Shown: positions 24,885 to 37,478 of the stretch, piece after piece
Layout: every line of letters begins with the position of its first letter
How positions within the stretch are numbered: the stretch's first letter is position 1
NCBI RefSeq assembly: GCF_006345805.1
Contig: NC_043020.1
Location: forward strand, 16,926,001 to 16,990,000
Source of the DNA: Octopus sinensis
Lineage: Eukaryota
DNA: 64,000 bases
Direction: 5' to 3'
Translations under genes and position numbers: made by a program
The notes under the pieces: model-generated
What the model was told of the DNA's origin: nothing
What the model saw: the letters and a program-made list of their open reading frames with translations, nothing else
Database searches by the model: none

Positions 24885-25310
24885 GGTGACAAGCTGGCAG
24901 AAGTGTTAGCACGCTGGACAAAATGCTTGGTATTTTGCCTGTTGTTACGTTCTGAGTTCAAATTCCACAAAGGTCGACTTTGCCTTTCATCCTTTCAGGG
25001 TCGATTACATAAGTACCAGTTATGCACTGGGGTTGATGTAATCAACTTAATCTCTTCCTCCAAATTTGAGGCCTTGTGCTTCCAGTAGAAAGGATTGTTA
25101 TTATTTAGCATGCTGGACGAAATGCTTAGCAGTATTTCACCTATCGTTACATTCTGAGTTCAAATTCTACTGATGTTGACTTTGCCTTTCCATACTTTTG
25201 TGGTTGATAAAAAGAAGTACTGGCTGAGTACTGGGATCGATGTAATTGACTATCCCCCTCCCCAAATTTTAAGCCTTGTGTCAATAGTAGAAAGGATTAT
25301 TATTATTATT
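24885..25310 (+). mobile_element. SINE family C, two head-to-tail copies (Meta/MESC-like central domain)
   Basis: Reads gagctggcagaa...tgagttcaaatt (B-box-like)...gactttgcctttcatcctttcggggtcgataaaataagtaccag...(att)n. Confidence 0.8.
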
Positions 25311-26469
25311 GTTGTTGTTGTTGTTATTATTTTTATTATTATTTCAGCCCAGTAAAGTTGAATGGTCAAGTGTTGTGAAAGAAGAAAGTGATGATGATAC
25401 TGGCAGTAAATCTGACTCTCCATCAGAGGTAAGTTGTCATAGCAATCCACCACCCATCTTTTATTTCTGATGAACTTTTGACCATTAATGATTTCCACAT
25501 ACTTCCTCTCTAAACAAAAACCCAGCAGAGCAGGATGGTCCTACAGCACCCTCCACTATAAGAAATTACTATATCTATTCATCTTGTCATTTTTTGAATG
25601 CTGTTCCAGTATACTGATGCTTGAATGGATAGAAGACATGGCCTCATTTTCCTTCTACTTGTGATGTTCTTTGACTTTTAAGACTTGTGAGGTATGAAAC
25701 TGGGACCTGGTTACCCTTGTAGAAAGGTAGTAACTCTGAATAAAAACCTACACAAGGTAGAGTTGTTAGTCTTTCTGTGATAGGGCAACCACTCTACTGC
25801 CTATGATCTGATACGATGTACCTAGTACACTCTGTCATATGGTTGTAACTGGTTATGGCACTATTCGTATTTTAAGTTGGATATATATCCATGGTCTTTC
25901 TTTATTGGAAGTGAACCTAACTGAAGAAGCTATACAGTTTCTGTGCATTATATATATCCTGCAAACATTGAATTGTATTCTTAGATAAGATTCTTCATTT
26001 TATTTTGCTTCTTTTCTAGCTAGAGAAACTTAACCTTTTAGAATTTAAACTAGCCATATTTGGTTCAAATATTCTACTTGTTTTATGTCCAAAGTGGCCA
26101 GGTCTGGCCTCTCACCTCTACCCTACAGTGTAATTCTAAAAATAAACAGTCGCATCATTGAAATCTTAAAGGTGGCAGCTGGAGAGCTGCACCAGGTCCC
26201 AGTTTGATTTGGCTTAGTTTCTGCAGCTGGATGCCCTTCCTAATGCTGCCAACCACTTTACAGTGTGTGCTGTGTGCTTTTAACGTGGCAGGGGCACAAG
26301 TGCTTTTCCGTTGCACCGACACAAGTGTTTTTTTACATGGCACCAGCATAGGCCAATCCTCTTCATCAAGGGTAGCAGCCTTAGCACTTCTGCTGTAGAG
26401 GATGGGTCTTGAGTAATATGAATACTAGAGGATTAGTCTATGCTTGACTGTCCTGGAAAAGACAGTAGT

Positions 26470-26935
26470 CTCTCATTCACTTCATCCTTGCACATGTTCA
26501 GTCCACTCTTTATACGAATGTCTCAGCATGTTCTCTCTATAAATCATGGTCTGATGTTTTCTTCATCCATATTTGGGTGCCAAAGAATTTAATAAAGTCT
26601 TCATTCCAACTTTTGCATGGTCTTCCCCTCCTTTTTTTTGGATGTAGTGTCCACTCTGTCAATTTGCTATTCCATCTATTGTCCTTTCCTCAGGACACGT
26701 GTTTCACGAAAGACCATTTCAGAGTTTTTATTTTCCTGATAGTATCTGTTAAAACTGTTTCCACTCTTATCCTATTACTTCTCCACTTATCCGTTTTGTT
26801 TAATCTTCAGCATAATCCTTTCCATGGCCATTTGTGTTGATCTTCATTTATTTGCAATGCTCTTGTCCTTATTTCTGATGCATGGAAGGCAGCACACAAT
26901 GGTTGAAGACCTTTTCTTGCAGACACATTGAAATT
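26470..26935 (-). mobile_element. Old RTE-like LINE relic
   Basis: The minus strand gives CLQEKVFNHCVLPSM, similar to RTE ORF2 C-terminal regions. It is heavily decayed. Confidence 0.45.
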
Positions 26936-27825
26936 ACTGCTTATGATGTGATTCACTTAAGCTACATAAATTATAGATCCATTAAAGTTTGAAAGAATTG
27001 ATCAAACTTGTTTCATTTTTAATAAGTGGCCAAGATTATTTCAAAGGGAAACCAAAAATGGATTTAGCTACACTTTTACTTACTAAAGTTATTTATTATT
27101 TTTATATGGGCACAGGTATAGCTGTGTGGTAAGAAGTTTACTTCCCAACCACATAGTTCTGGGTTCAGTCCCTCTGCTTGACACTTGGGCAAGTGTCTTC
27201 TACTATAGCCTCGAGCTGACCAAAGCCTTCTGAGCGGATTTGGTTGGCAGAAACTGAAAGAAGCTCATTGTGTGTTTGTGTTTGAACAGTCACTGCTTGA
27301 CAGCTAATGCTGGTTTGTTTACATTTCTGTAACTTGACAGTTTGACAAAAGAAACAAAAAAAAAAGTACATCATCATCATCGTATTTAGCATCTGTTTTC
27401 CATGCTAGCATGGGTTAGACAATTTGACTGGAAATGACAAGCCAGAGAGCTGCTTCAGGCCCCAGGCTTTAGTCTGTTTTGGCTTGGTTTCTATGGCTGA
27501 ATGCCCTTCGTAATGCCAACTACTCTATAGATATACTGTGTGTCTTTTACGTGTCACTGGCACAGGTGCCTCACACATGTCACCAGCAGAGGTGCTTCAC
27601 ATGTGACACCAGCACTGCCGATGACTATGATTTCGCTTGGCTTGACACGTCTTCTCAAGCACAAAGGTCAATTTGTTTGTCTAAAACCTTTCAAGGCAGT
27701 GATACAGCATAGCTGTAGTCCATGTAAAATTTAAAAAAAAAACATGGTAAAAGGTGTGTGTGTGTGCTGGTAGAGCAATGCCCAGAGCCTTTTCATGCCA
27801 CAATTCTTTTGTATTTTTCTATCAG

Positions 27826-27942
27826 AACACTCCTGTAAAGAAGCTATGGTCATGCCAACAAGCCGGATGTGAACAGGTTTTCAAGAAGTTATCAAAATTA
27901 AAGATACATTTGATGAGACATACTGGCGAACGACCATTCCGG
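27826..27942 (+). CDS. ZXDC: ZXDC-like exon 3, zinc finger 1 (CQQAGC...HLMRHTGERPFR)
   Basis: Acceptor ttctatcag, donor gtaacg, C2H2 motif with TGERPF linker, 117 nt. Confidence 0.93.
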
Positions 27943-28134
27943 GTAACGATCTTTTAGTCTTTTGCTAATTTGATTATTTGTTTGTTTTTGTTTTTTTTAA
28001 ACTTCCATTGAACAAACTTTCAGTTTTATAATTTCTGTATTAGCCATAGGCGTGGCCAAATGGTTAAAAAGTTTACTTCCCATCTATCTGGTTTCACATT
28101 CAATCCCACTTCACAGCACCTTTTCTTTTCTTTT

Positions 28135-28510
28135 TTCTTTTACTTGTTTCAGTCATTTGACTGTGGCCATGCTGGAGCACCGCCTTTATAGTCGAGTAAA
28201 TCGACCCCAGAGCTTATTCTTTGTAAGCCCAGTACTTATTCTATCGGTCTCTTTTGCCGAACCGCTAAGTTACAGGGACGTAAACACACCAGCATCGGTT
28301 GTCAAGCAATGCTGGGAGGACAAACACATACATATATATACATATACGACGGGCTTCTTCCAGTTTTCATCTACCAAATCCACTCACAAGGCTTTGGTCG
28401 GCCCAAGGCTATAGTAGAAGACACTTGCCCAAGGTGTCACGCAGTGGGACTGAACCCAGGACCATGTGGTCAGTAAGCAAGCTACTTACCACACAGCCAC
28501 TCCTGCGCCT
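28135..28510 (-). mobile_element. SINE family A, unbiased reference copy (others 27110, 39395-39785, 41213-41560, 57300-57467, 60874-61248, 63022-63320)
   Basis: Multi-copy alignment by eye. Confidence 0.9.
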
Positions 28511-28919
28511 TGGGCAAGAATTTTCTACTGTAAGCCCTGGCTAGCTGACTAAAGCCTTGTGGCTGGGTATTTGGTTGATGAAAACTGAAAGAAACTGTTC
28601 ATGCATTTGTACACACATTCACATGTACACAGACACTTCAAAAATAAATAGGCATCGTTGTTGAAAGATTTATTTCTAGAAACAAAATAATGTCATTCGG
28701 TGCATTTAGGTATTTAATTAACTATTTAGTGTACATTCCTTATGCATGATACATTAACAAGTTTGAAGCACCAAGTGTCTGCAAAGACAAAGTGGTGCAT
28801 TGAGGGCTGTCTATTTACTTTTGAGATGTGTGTAAGAAGGAAGATGTAAAAGATAGAAGGGTGAAAACAATGGAAAACGAAAGGCTACGGAAGAAGCAAA
28901 AAGGGGTAGAATATACGCA

Positions 28920-29145
28920 AGGTGGCGAGCTGGCAGAAATGTTAGCACACCAGCGAAATGCTAAGCGGTATTTCATCTGCCGTTACGTTCTGAGTTCAAA
29001 TTCTGCCAAGGTGACTTTGCCTTTCATCCTTTCGGGGTCGATAAATTAAGTACCAGTTATGCACTGGGGTTAATGTAATTGACTTAATCCCTTTGTCCTT
29101 GTTTGTCCCCTCTATGTTTAGCTCCTTGTGGGTAATAAAGTAATA
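28920..29145 (+). mobile_element. SINE family C, single young-looking copy (similar one at 62704-62902)
   Basis: Reads ggtggcgagctggcagaa...gcctttcatcctttcggggtcgataaattaagtacc...ccttgtgggtaataaag. Confidence 0.85.
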
Positions 29146-30212
29146 AGAATATACGTATGTGTGTGTGTATATTTCACCCCCCCCCCCCCCCCAACAAATC
29201 TCTTCTTGGTCTCTTTAGCCTAATTTATACCCCCTTCACATTTATACAAACACTGAATGCTTTGAAAGGTAAGGTCATTCTTCCCTATATTGATTGATAA
29301 CATATTTGTATATCATATACTTAATGAAAACCCTACTAGAATGGGAGAAAGCGCTAATGATTTAAGTGATATGATATATATGTAAAAAAATGTAATATAT
29401 AAATAAATATCTGTAAATATAAACCATCCGATCTTCTGATTACCTCATTTCTTCTAATATATGTATATATATACACACACACACACACAAATGTGTGTAT
29501 GTGTGTGTGTTGGAATCTCCTGTCAAAGACTATATGAGTGGTCATTTTTAGCTGAACAATTGGCTCACATGGTTTGTTTATAGTGATCAAATGTACGTGC
29601 TGTACATTAGTTCACTCCTTCCATCAAATCAATGTAGCCTGAACAGGTGCATGGTGTATCACATATCAGGTGTCAAAGTGATTGCAGAGCAATGTCAGAT
29701 GAAGTGTTTTGCTCAATGCAATACACCACCTGGACCAGGAATCAAAACCATGGTCTTGTGATCATGAGTGCAACACCCTAACAACTAAACCATGTGCCCT
29801 CACATATACACGCACACACACACACACACACACACATATTTGTATGTGTATGCATGAGTGTCTACATTTGTGCCTCTCCAAAAATCATTGGGCAACAAGT
29901 AGTGACGTTGTTGTCAGCTCTCATATCAACAGCAAATCCTGCTGGTTTTGCCCCGTAGATGTGCAGAATAAGAAATTCTTTACTTGAGAAACATATAAGG
30001 GTTAGGAGCAGGTAAGATATTCAGCTGTAAAACAATGCCTTAATAATATATTCATCTGATCCATACTAACATAGAAAAACGGTCTTGTAGACAAACAAAT
30101 GAATGTGTTTGCAAAATGGCTATTTAATTGATTGTCAGTTACTGCTGACTGTGTTTTGTTCATAGGCAAGGTACTGGTTTCTGATTGACTCAGTGCTAGG
30201 GATGCTCTATAC

Positions 30213-30544
30213 TACGGCTTGCCAACCTGAGGCCTGTGGGCTGCATGCAGCCTGCAGACTTTTATCGTGTGGCCTGCTGGATACTTTCTTGAAATGGGTT
30301 TATTTAAACAAACATTTTAAAAGATTTTATCAAAAATTAAAGATTGTAATGAAAAGTAAAAGAGAAAGATACTACTGTTTTTGCAACAATATTATTTCAT
30401 GTTGAATCAACGATCATTCATTCATTATTGTAATAATAGCATGAGAAAGCAAAGTGCTTTCAATTCTGTCAGTATACAAGTGGCCCTCAAAAAACTTTCT
30501 GTGATTAATGTGGCCCACAATGTAATTCGAGTTGGCCAGACCTG
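30213..30544. mobile_element. hAT Charlie-type MITE
   Basis: 8 bp TSD CTCTATAC on both sides. The right TIR is gttggccagacctg and the left TIR is degenerate. Confidence 0.7.
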
Positions 30545-30747
30545 CTCTATACTCTCATTGACTTGCTAGAAATAGCAGCCAAATCTTTCTCAAATCAAAC
30601 TCTGCTATCTTAAGAGAGAGAGAGAATACATATTAGATAATGTAGTCTTAGCTGTCTTTAAAAGAAGACTATATGATCTCTGTCTTTAAAACTGCTTCTG
30701 TCGCTAACATATATTCTTATATGTGTGTATATGTCTTTCTATTTAAG

Positions 30748-30837
30748 TGTAACCAGCCTGGCTGTGACTGGGCTTTCACTACAGCATACAAACTGAAGAG
30801 ACATGTTGAGTCACATCAGGGAAGAAAAGACTACATT
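30748..30837 (+). CDS. ZXDC: ZXDC-like exon 4, finger 2 (CNQPGCDWAFTTAYKLKRHVESH)
   Basis: AAG acceptor and gtaagt donor. WxFTTxYKLKRH is the ZXD finger-2 pattern as I recall it. Confidence 0.93.
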
Positions 30838-31527
30838 GTAAGTAAGAAATCATTTTCTTTCTCACTTCCAATTATCGTTTGGGACAGTATTACTTCTAAA
30901 ATCTTTAACAGAACTATTTTTAACAGATTAACAAGGTGCAGGTGTGGCTGTGTGGTAAGAAGCTTGCTTCCCAACCACATGGTTCTTGGTTCAGTCCCAC
31001 TGCATTGGCACCTTGGGCTGGAGTCTTCTACTATAGACTCGGGTCAACCAAATCTTTGTGTATAGAAACTGAAAGCCCATCATCATCATCATCATCATTT
31101 AGCGTCCGCTTTCCATGCTGGCATGGGTTGGCCGGTTCAACTGGGGTCTGAGAAGCCAGAAGGCTGCACCAGGCCCAGTCTGATCTGGCAATGTTTCTAC
31201 GGCTGGATGCCCTTCCTAACGCCAACCACTCCATGAGTGTAGTGGGTGCTTTTTATGTGCCACCGGCACAGGTGCCGGACGAGGCTGAAAACGGCCACGA
31301 TCGGATGGTGCTTTTTACGTGCCACTGGCACAGGTGCCAGACAAGGCTGGCAACGGCCACGATCGGATGGTGCTTTTTACGTTCCACCGGCATCGTGTGT
31401 GTTAATAGATAAGCATTATATTTGCCAGAGTAATCTGAATGCTGAAGTGTTAAACAAAATTAAATGTTTGTTGGTTTATGTTCTTGCTCCACTCATCGTT
31501 ACCACTTTTTTCTTTTTCTTTTTTAAG

Positions 31528-31709
31528 TGTGACATTGATGGTTGTGGTAGAAAGTTTACAACAATCTACAACTTAAATTCTCACAAGAAACTCCATGAAC
31601 GTCCATGTAATGAAGTTTGCCCCAAACCCAACTGTAACCAGAGGTATCCAACAAAACGGCAACTTGATTTGCATTTAAAGAATCATGCTGATGTGGAGAA
31701 AACTTATAA
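31528..31709 (+). CDS. ZXDC: ZXDC-like exon 5, fingers 3-4
   Basis: Encodes CDIDGCGRKFTTIYNLNSHKKLH and CPKPNC...HLKNH. Phase-2 donor AA|gtaagt. Confidence 0.93.
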
Positions 31710-32184
31710 GTAAGTCCACTATCTCTTTCCCTCCCCCTACCCCATTCAGGGTCCAGTTAGCTTTAAGCACCTTGTTTCCTTACTCAGCCATGTTTTTTTA
31801 CCTGTAGATCTTGATTACCAATTGTTTAAGATGGGTATCGGCCAAACCAACCTCACTGATCCAAAGGAGTATTTCTCTTTCTCCTCTACTTACAAAAGAT
31901 AAAAATCAAAGCAAAGTGCTAGGTACAGGATATAAACTGGTTACAAATACAATTCTGGTATTGATTTGGTTAGCTTATTGATTAGTGGGGTGTTTTTATA
32001 TGTCTCAGTTTTTCTGAAGCCTCTGTTAATAAGAGTTAACTAACTATTTATGGCAGAATTCTGGTTTAAGCATCCCTTACAACTCCTCATAACTTTTCTA
32101 TATATTTTTGGACTTTTCAGAAAATTTTTGTGAATCTATAATAAATCTCTGAACGAACACCTTTTCATCGAAAACCAGTGATTG

Positions 32185-32233
32185 TTGTACACTGATGACA
32201 GGTCAAAACCTAGAAACTGCAGTCCGTGCGTAT
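32185..32233 (+). ncRNA. Minimal hammerhead-like motif in a repeat relic (partial second copy at ~35216-35250)
   Basis: Reads CTGATGA-c-aggt-caaa-acct-a-GAAA-CTGCA-GTC-cgtgcg. The second copy reads cacacg-CCGATGA-c-gggt-caat-accc-a-GAAACT, with a compensatory change in stem II. Confidence 0.45.
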
Positions 32234-32943
32234 CACTTAGGTTGACGAGGAAAGGGTGACCTCCCTTACAAATACCATAAGGGCACAGAAAGTGTGCCTA
32301 AAGCCAGCTGGGGACGATGTTCTCTTGGGGCTACAAGCTACAGTAACACCCACCCTTAGTGATTAGCCATATTGAGATGGCAAGTATACCTCACTTTGTG
32401 AATCTGTTTTCTACATACAGAAATTCATACAATTAGGCAAAAAAAACTTTTTTGTGTGTGATTTATGGGTGATTTAGCTGTTATTTTTTACCGTATCCCA
32501 TGAACACAGTGATGATGCACCCAAGAGTGGTCCATAGTTGGAATTTGGGCAAAAAATTTGGACTGTATTTCAAACTCTGATTAAAAAAAAAATCAGAAAA
32601 ACATGTGAAGGTGCATAGCATAGTGGTTAGAGTGTTGGGCTTGCAATCATAAAGTGTCTGGATCATGCATCCCTATCCTTAAACTGGGCACATCATTTCT
32701 TGTTGCTCTAGTCAGCTCAGCTGAAGATGAGTACCAGCTGACTGTTGGTGCAACAGTGCTGCCCTCTCTCCAGTTGCCATGTCCTCAATGTGCTGCAGGG
32801 TCAATAATTAGGCAAGTCTTTGTCTCCTCACAACTACATAGGTGCCAAAAACAATTAGTGAAAGTGGGCTGCAGTCTAATGCATAAAATTTGCTTTAATT
32901 ATCTTTTTAATTATCATACTAGTTTGACATCAGTGTTTTATTT

Positions 32944-33193
32944 CAGTGGTTTTCAACCATTTTTTGCCTAATGGTCCCCTTTGATTCCTATTTTACTCTA
33001 CTGGGCTTCCATAGCTTTTCAATGTATATATTAAAAAAATCCTACAGTATTTTTATAATTAAATATTATTAGGAATTGTTGTTAAAATATCTTGTGTATT
33101 GTAGAATATAAGCAATTTATTGTACCTAAATTTTTACAACAAAATCTTATATGGACCACCAAGAACCATATAGGTCCCAGTTGAGAACCACTG
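32944..33193. mobile_element. hAT-type MITE (interrupted relative at ~40960-41730)
   Basis: TIRs CAGTGGTTTTCAAC / GTTGAGAACCACTG. The TSD is degenerate. Confidence 0.75.
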
Positions 33194-33536
33194 ATTTAAA
33201 TGTTTCAGATCACTGTTAATCTTTATCAAGTATTTCTGTTGACATTCTCAAGAGTAAGGGTCATCTTCCAGGATGCTAAATATCTTTTATGACCTCACAC
33301 ATAGCTTAAAAATGACTAAATCTAATCTGGCTCACACCATAACAGACCAAAGTAGGTTCTTAACTCTTACCTCAATTTTCTAGTTTTTGCACTGATTCCT
33401 TCAGCATCAAAATATTTAAATTTATTTGTACTTAAAACTTGCATTGATAAAAACTAAATTAATTTTTCCTTTAATTCTCCCTTTAATGCTAATTGCCAAA
33501 GAAATAAAATTTTTTGATCAACTTTCTTCTATTCAG

Positions 33537-33732
33537 ATGTCCTGTTGATGGCTGTAACAAAGTTTTCCTTTCTCCTAACTGCATGGGCTCTCATGCCCGT
33601 GTTCATCAACAGGACCGAGATGACCTGGTCTGCAAGTATGATGGCTGTGGTAAAGTTTTCAATAAAGTCTGTCGTCTTAAACAACACATGCGCTGTCACA
33701 CTGGCGAGAAACCATATCAGTGTCGTGTTGAT
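33537..33732 (+). CDS. ZXDC: ZXDC-like exon 6, fingers 5-6 and start of 7
   Basis: Acceptor attcag, phase 2 in. Encodes CPVDGC...HARVH and CKYDGC...HMRCHTGEKPY. Donor gtaagt. Confidence 0.93.
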
Positions 33733-33874
33733 GTAAGTATTTTTAACCAGTACAATTTGTGTCAGTTATAAAGTATCAAGCTACCAACCAATAGTCAAAT
33801 CCTTAAAATCTTTAAAAATGTTTTAGCCCGAAGGCTGCGGCCATGCTGGGGCACCACCGCTTTTTACTTTAATT

Positions 33875-34167
33875 AGATTGGTGTTCAGTTGTATCGAACA
33901 GGCTGCTAACCGACAACTATTCACAGGCGTGATCCCACTACTGCTCGACACCGGGCCTTTTGCCTGCTGCGTTTCCGCCCTGGGCCAAAGCCACCCTTAG
34001 ACAACCTGGTCCTCATGAGCTCCCTCTCCAGCACCATATTGATGCCAAGCCTAGCGCGGACACCCGATCGCCATAGAAGACCGACTACCAGGACTCCCAT
34101 CCTCAAACCGGCCAACCAACCAAGCCTCCGAGTAGCTAGATTACAGGAGCACGCCACAACTCCCAAA
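33875..34167 (-). ncRNA. 7SL / SRP RNA, near full-length copy (probably a retrocopy or chimera) in a ZXDC intron
   Basis: The minus strand reads GTGGCGTGCTCCTGTAATCTAGCTACTCGGAGGC...GATCGGGTGTCCGCGCTAGGCTTGGCATCAATATGGTG...GGAG loop...CCAGGTTGTCTAAGG...GGCCCAGGGCGGAAACGCAGCAGG...CAGTAGTGGGATCACGCCTGTGAATAG. This is collinear with metazoan 7SL (Alu domain, helix 6 GGAG loop, helix 8 GAAA loop). No oligo-T terminator follows directly. Confidence 0.92.
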
Positions 34168-35351
34168 TGTCCAAACAGCTACTGTATTTAGGGCTGGTTT
34201 ACTATCCACAGAGACCCTGAGCACTTAAAAGATTATGGTGACCCTATACATATGTAATTCAAAATATGAACAATAATAAACCATAAAATAAAACAAAACT
34301 AACAGTAAGATGGAAAATAATGTTTATTTTTATATATACTTCCACTTTATTTATATTTGAAAAGTGTTCTGCTGCTTTTTTAATTACAAAGTCTTTGATC
34401 AGCTCCTCACTATGACAACATATACACTTTGAAATTATGTTTCTGTTCAAGTAAACCACTGCAAATATTAGTTTAGCAAATTTAAAGTGATTTCTTTTGT
34501 GCTGTAAACCATTTACCATTTCTGTGGTGCCCCACTTCCCTTGATGCCTTATTAATTACATTATAACACATTAATCATATAAATAAGATAAGCTCCATCT
34601 AATAGACATCATCACCATCATTGTTTTTACATTTACATTATATATACATACATCATCATCATCGTTTAAACGTGCTAGCATGGGTTGGACGATTTGACTG
34701 AGGTCTGGCGAACCAGATGGCTGCACCAGACTCCAATCTGATCTGGCAGAGTTTCTACAGCTGGATGCCCTTCCTAACGCCAACCACTCCGAGAGTGTAG
34801 TGGGTGCTTTTACGTGCCACCGGCATGAGAGCCAGTCAGGTGGTACTGGCAGCAGCCATGCTAAAATGGTGCTTTTTATGTGCCACCTGCACAGGAGCCA
34901 GTCCAGCGGCTCTGGCAACAACCTCACTCGAATGTTTTTTTCACGTGCCACCAGCACAAGTGCTATTAAGGCAACACAGGTAACGATCTCGCTCAAATGG
35001 TGTTTTTAACGTGCCATCGACACAGAGGCCAGCTTGTTGCTCTGGCAACGATCTCACTCGTGTGGTACTCTTAGCACTCCACTAGCACGGATGCCAGTCA
35101 TTGAGTTTGATTTCGATTTCCTCCTAATATTAAGAACTACATAAAAATAAACAGAAGCAAAAAAAAACATATATATATATATATATTTGTCGATGAAAAG
35201 TGACAACTGTGATTGTCACACGCCGATGACGGGTCAATACCCAGAAACTATATATATATATATATATCAGATGTATGTAAAAGACCCTACACATTAGATA
35301 TTTCCTGTTTAACTTAATCCTTCATCTTTGTTTCCTTTTATCTTTTTCCAG

Positions 35352-35526
35352 GGTTGTTCTTGGGCCTTTGCAACGGCCAGTAAATTAAAACGCCACATGA
35401 GCAAACATACTGGTGTTCGAAAATGGCTGTGCAATGCATGTGGCAAAGCATTCTTGCGAGCTGAACATCTGAAAGGTCATTTAGTAACTCACAGTGGAAC
35501 AAAACCATTCCAGTGTCCAGTAGATG
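35352..35526 (+). CDS. ZXDC: ZXDC-like exon 7, fingers 7-8 and start of 9
   Basis: Encodes GCSWAFATASKLKRHMSKH and CNACGKAFLRAEHLKGHLVTH. RAEHLKGH is ZXD-typical. Splice sites are canonical. Confidence 0.95.
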
Positions 35527-36485
35527 GTAAGTAACTTGCTGGATCACGTCAACATCCATTGCAATCACAATTATATTTTATTTTCTTAATGTTTAGTCAC
35601 AGGTGTGGCTGTGTGGTTAAGAAGTCTCTTTTCATAACAAAATGATTTCAGATACCATCCCACTGCTTGGCATTTTTAGCAGGTGTCTCCTTAGACTTTA
35701 ACTATTCAATTCTAGAATTTTTTGTCCAGTTTCTTCCACAGTGTTTATACACACATGTACACACACATACACACATGCACTATCAACAGGCATATTCCTG
35801 AGAGATTGTTTTATCCGTAATGCTGCTTGTACTCATGGGACATTCCGAGAATTCTCCATCTGAGGTTCTTTAGATGAATAGATGCACACTTGGGCATGAA
35901 GCAGTTCAACCAACACACCAACTTGATCACATATTTACAAACACTGCGAACCCTCTTAATTCAAAGAGTTTTGATGCTTTGTAAGCAACCAGCTTGAACT
36001 CTCTTAAGAAGAACTGAAGCAACACCAAAAAAAAAATCATTCATTGATACATACATACATGCCAAAATATTCTACCTGTCTTATGTTCAAATTGACCAGA
36101 TCAGCCTCTCACACCAACCCTACAGTGCCATTGAATGCAAAAGGATTAATTATGAATTGTCATAATTGCAAATATGCAAATTAGGTATCCATTTTGGTGC
36201 TAGCCTACTTATTTTATTAAATTTGTCATAAAGACAGTACAAAGATTAGGTAGCTTTGCGGGCTGGACAAGACTTTAATGAAATGAATGATAATGATACA
36301 AGAATGATAAGGATGGGAGAAGACAGAAAGCGCCCGCCGACCCTCGTTGGTGCTAGCCTCCTGGATGACTACTTTATATAGCAACTGATTTCTGCAAGTG
36401 TGTAATATCATTCATTAAAATCATTCAAAAACTTTACTACTACCGGTTTTTTTTCTCTCTCTCTCTCTTCCCATCTTGTTTTTAG

Positions 36486-36662
36486 GTTGCAAGACTCGTT
36501 TCACTGCTAAAAGTAGTTTGTATATACACTTGAAGAAACATGACCATTCTGGAAAGAAGATTACTTACCATTGTCCTATGGAAGGCTGTGAGAAGAAATA
36601 TTCTACCAAAGTCAGTCTGCGCAATCACATTATGAAACATTACAACAACAGCACCATTTCTG
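36486..36662 (+). CDS. ZXDC: ZXDC-like exon 8, fingers 9-10
   Basis: Encodes CKTRFTAKSSLYIHLKKH and CPMEGC...HIMKH. Phase 1 in and out. Confidence 0.92.
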
Positions 36663-37478
36663 GTATATTTTCCTAACTTTCATTTACCATTTTTTAAAGA
36701 AATCTATTGTTGTCTTCTTTAAGGCTATACTGAGTATGTAGCAAACACTAGATAAAGTGGCAATCAGGTGGGTCATTGGATATCAACCCCATGGTGTGAG
36801 GCTTCATGTTTTTGTTTTTTTGGGGGTGGTGGTATTACATTTAATTTGTTTGCCATGCCAGTATGAAGAAGGATATATTCTTCATAATTTGGGTTCCTTC
36901 AAAATAGGAGTTTGTCACATTTTTTCACTCTTCTCTCAAAGGGACAGTACTTCGATTTTATGAAATAAGGTGTAATGTCTTTATATTTTGTGTTGTTGGG
37001 GAAAACTGATCAAATATTCACAATCAGAGGAGATTACTTAACACTCTATTATAACTTTTAGTAACTTTGTTAACCACAGTATAGCATGGTGGCAGTTAAG
37101 AACTTTGATACTGTATATATATTTATTTATTTGTTTGTGTGTGTATAGGAATATGTGGAATAAGGATCTTGACTATAATCAGAGATTGCAGTGGTTTCAA
37201 TGCTGTTTAGAGTATTTATGTTATTATTTATAATTAGTCAAAGTGAAAGTACATGACTTAATAGTTAGGATATTTGGCTCATGGTCATATGGTAATGAGT
37301 TTTGATTCTTGGTGTCATGTTGTGTCCTCGTGCATGACACTTTATTTAATGTTGTTCCAGTCCACTCAACTGGCAAAAATGAGTAGTACCTGTACTTAAA
37401 AGGGAGCCAGCCTTGTCATATTCTGTGTCCTGTTGAATCTCCCTGAGAACTACATTAAGGGTATGCATGTCTGTGGAG

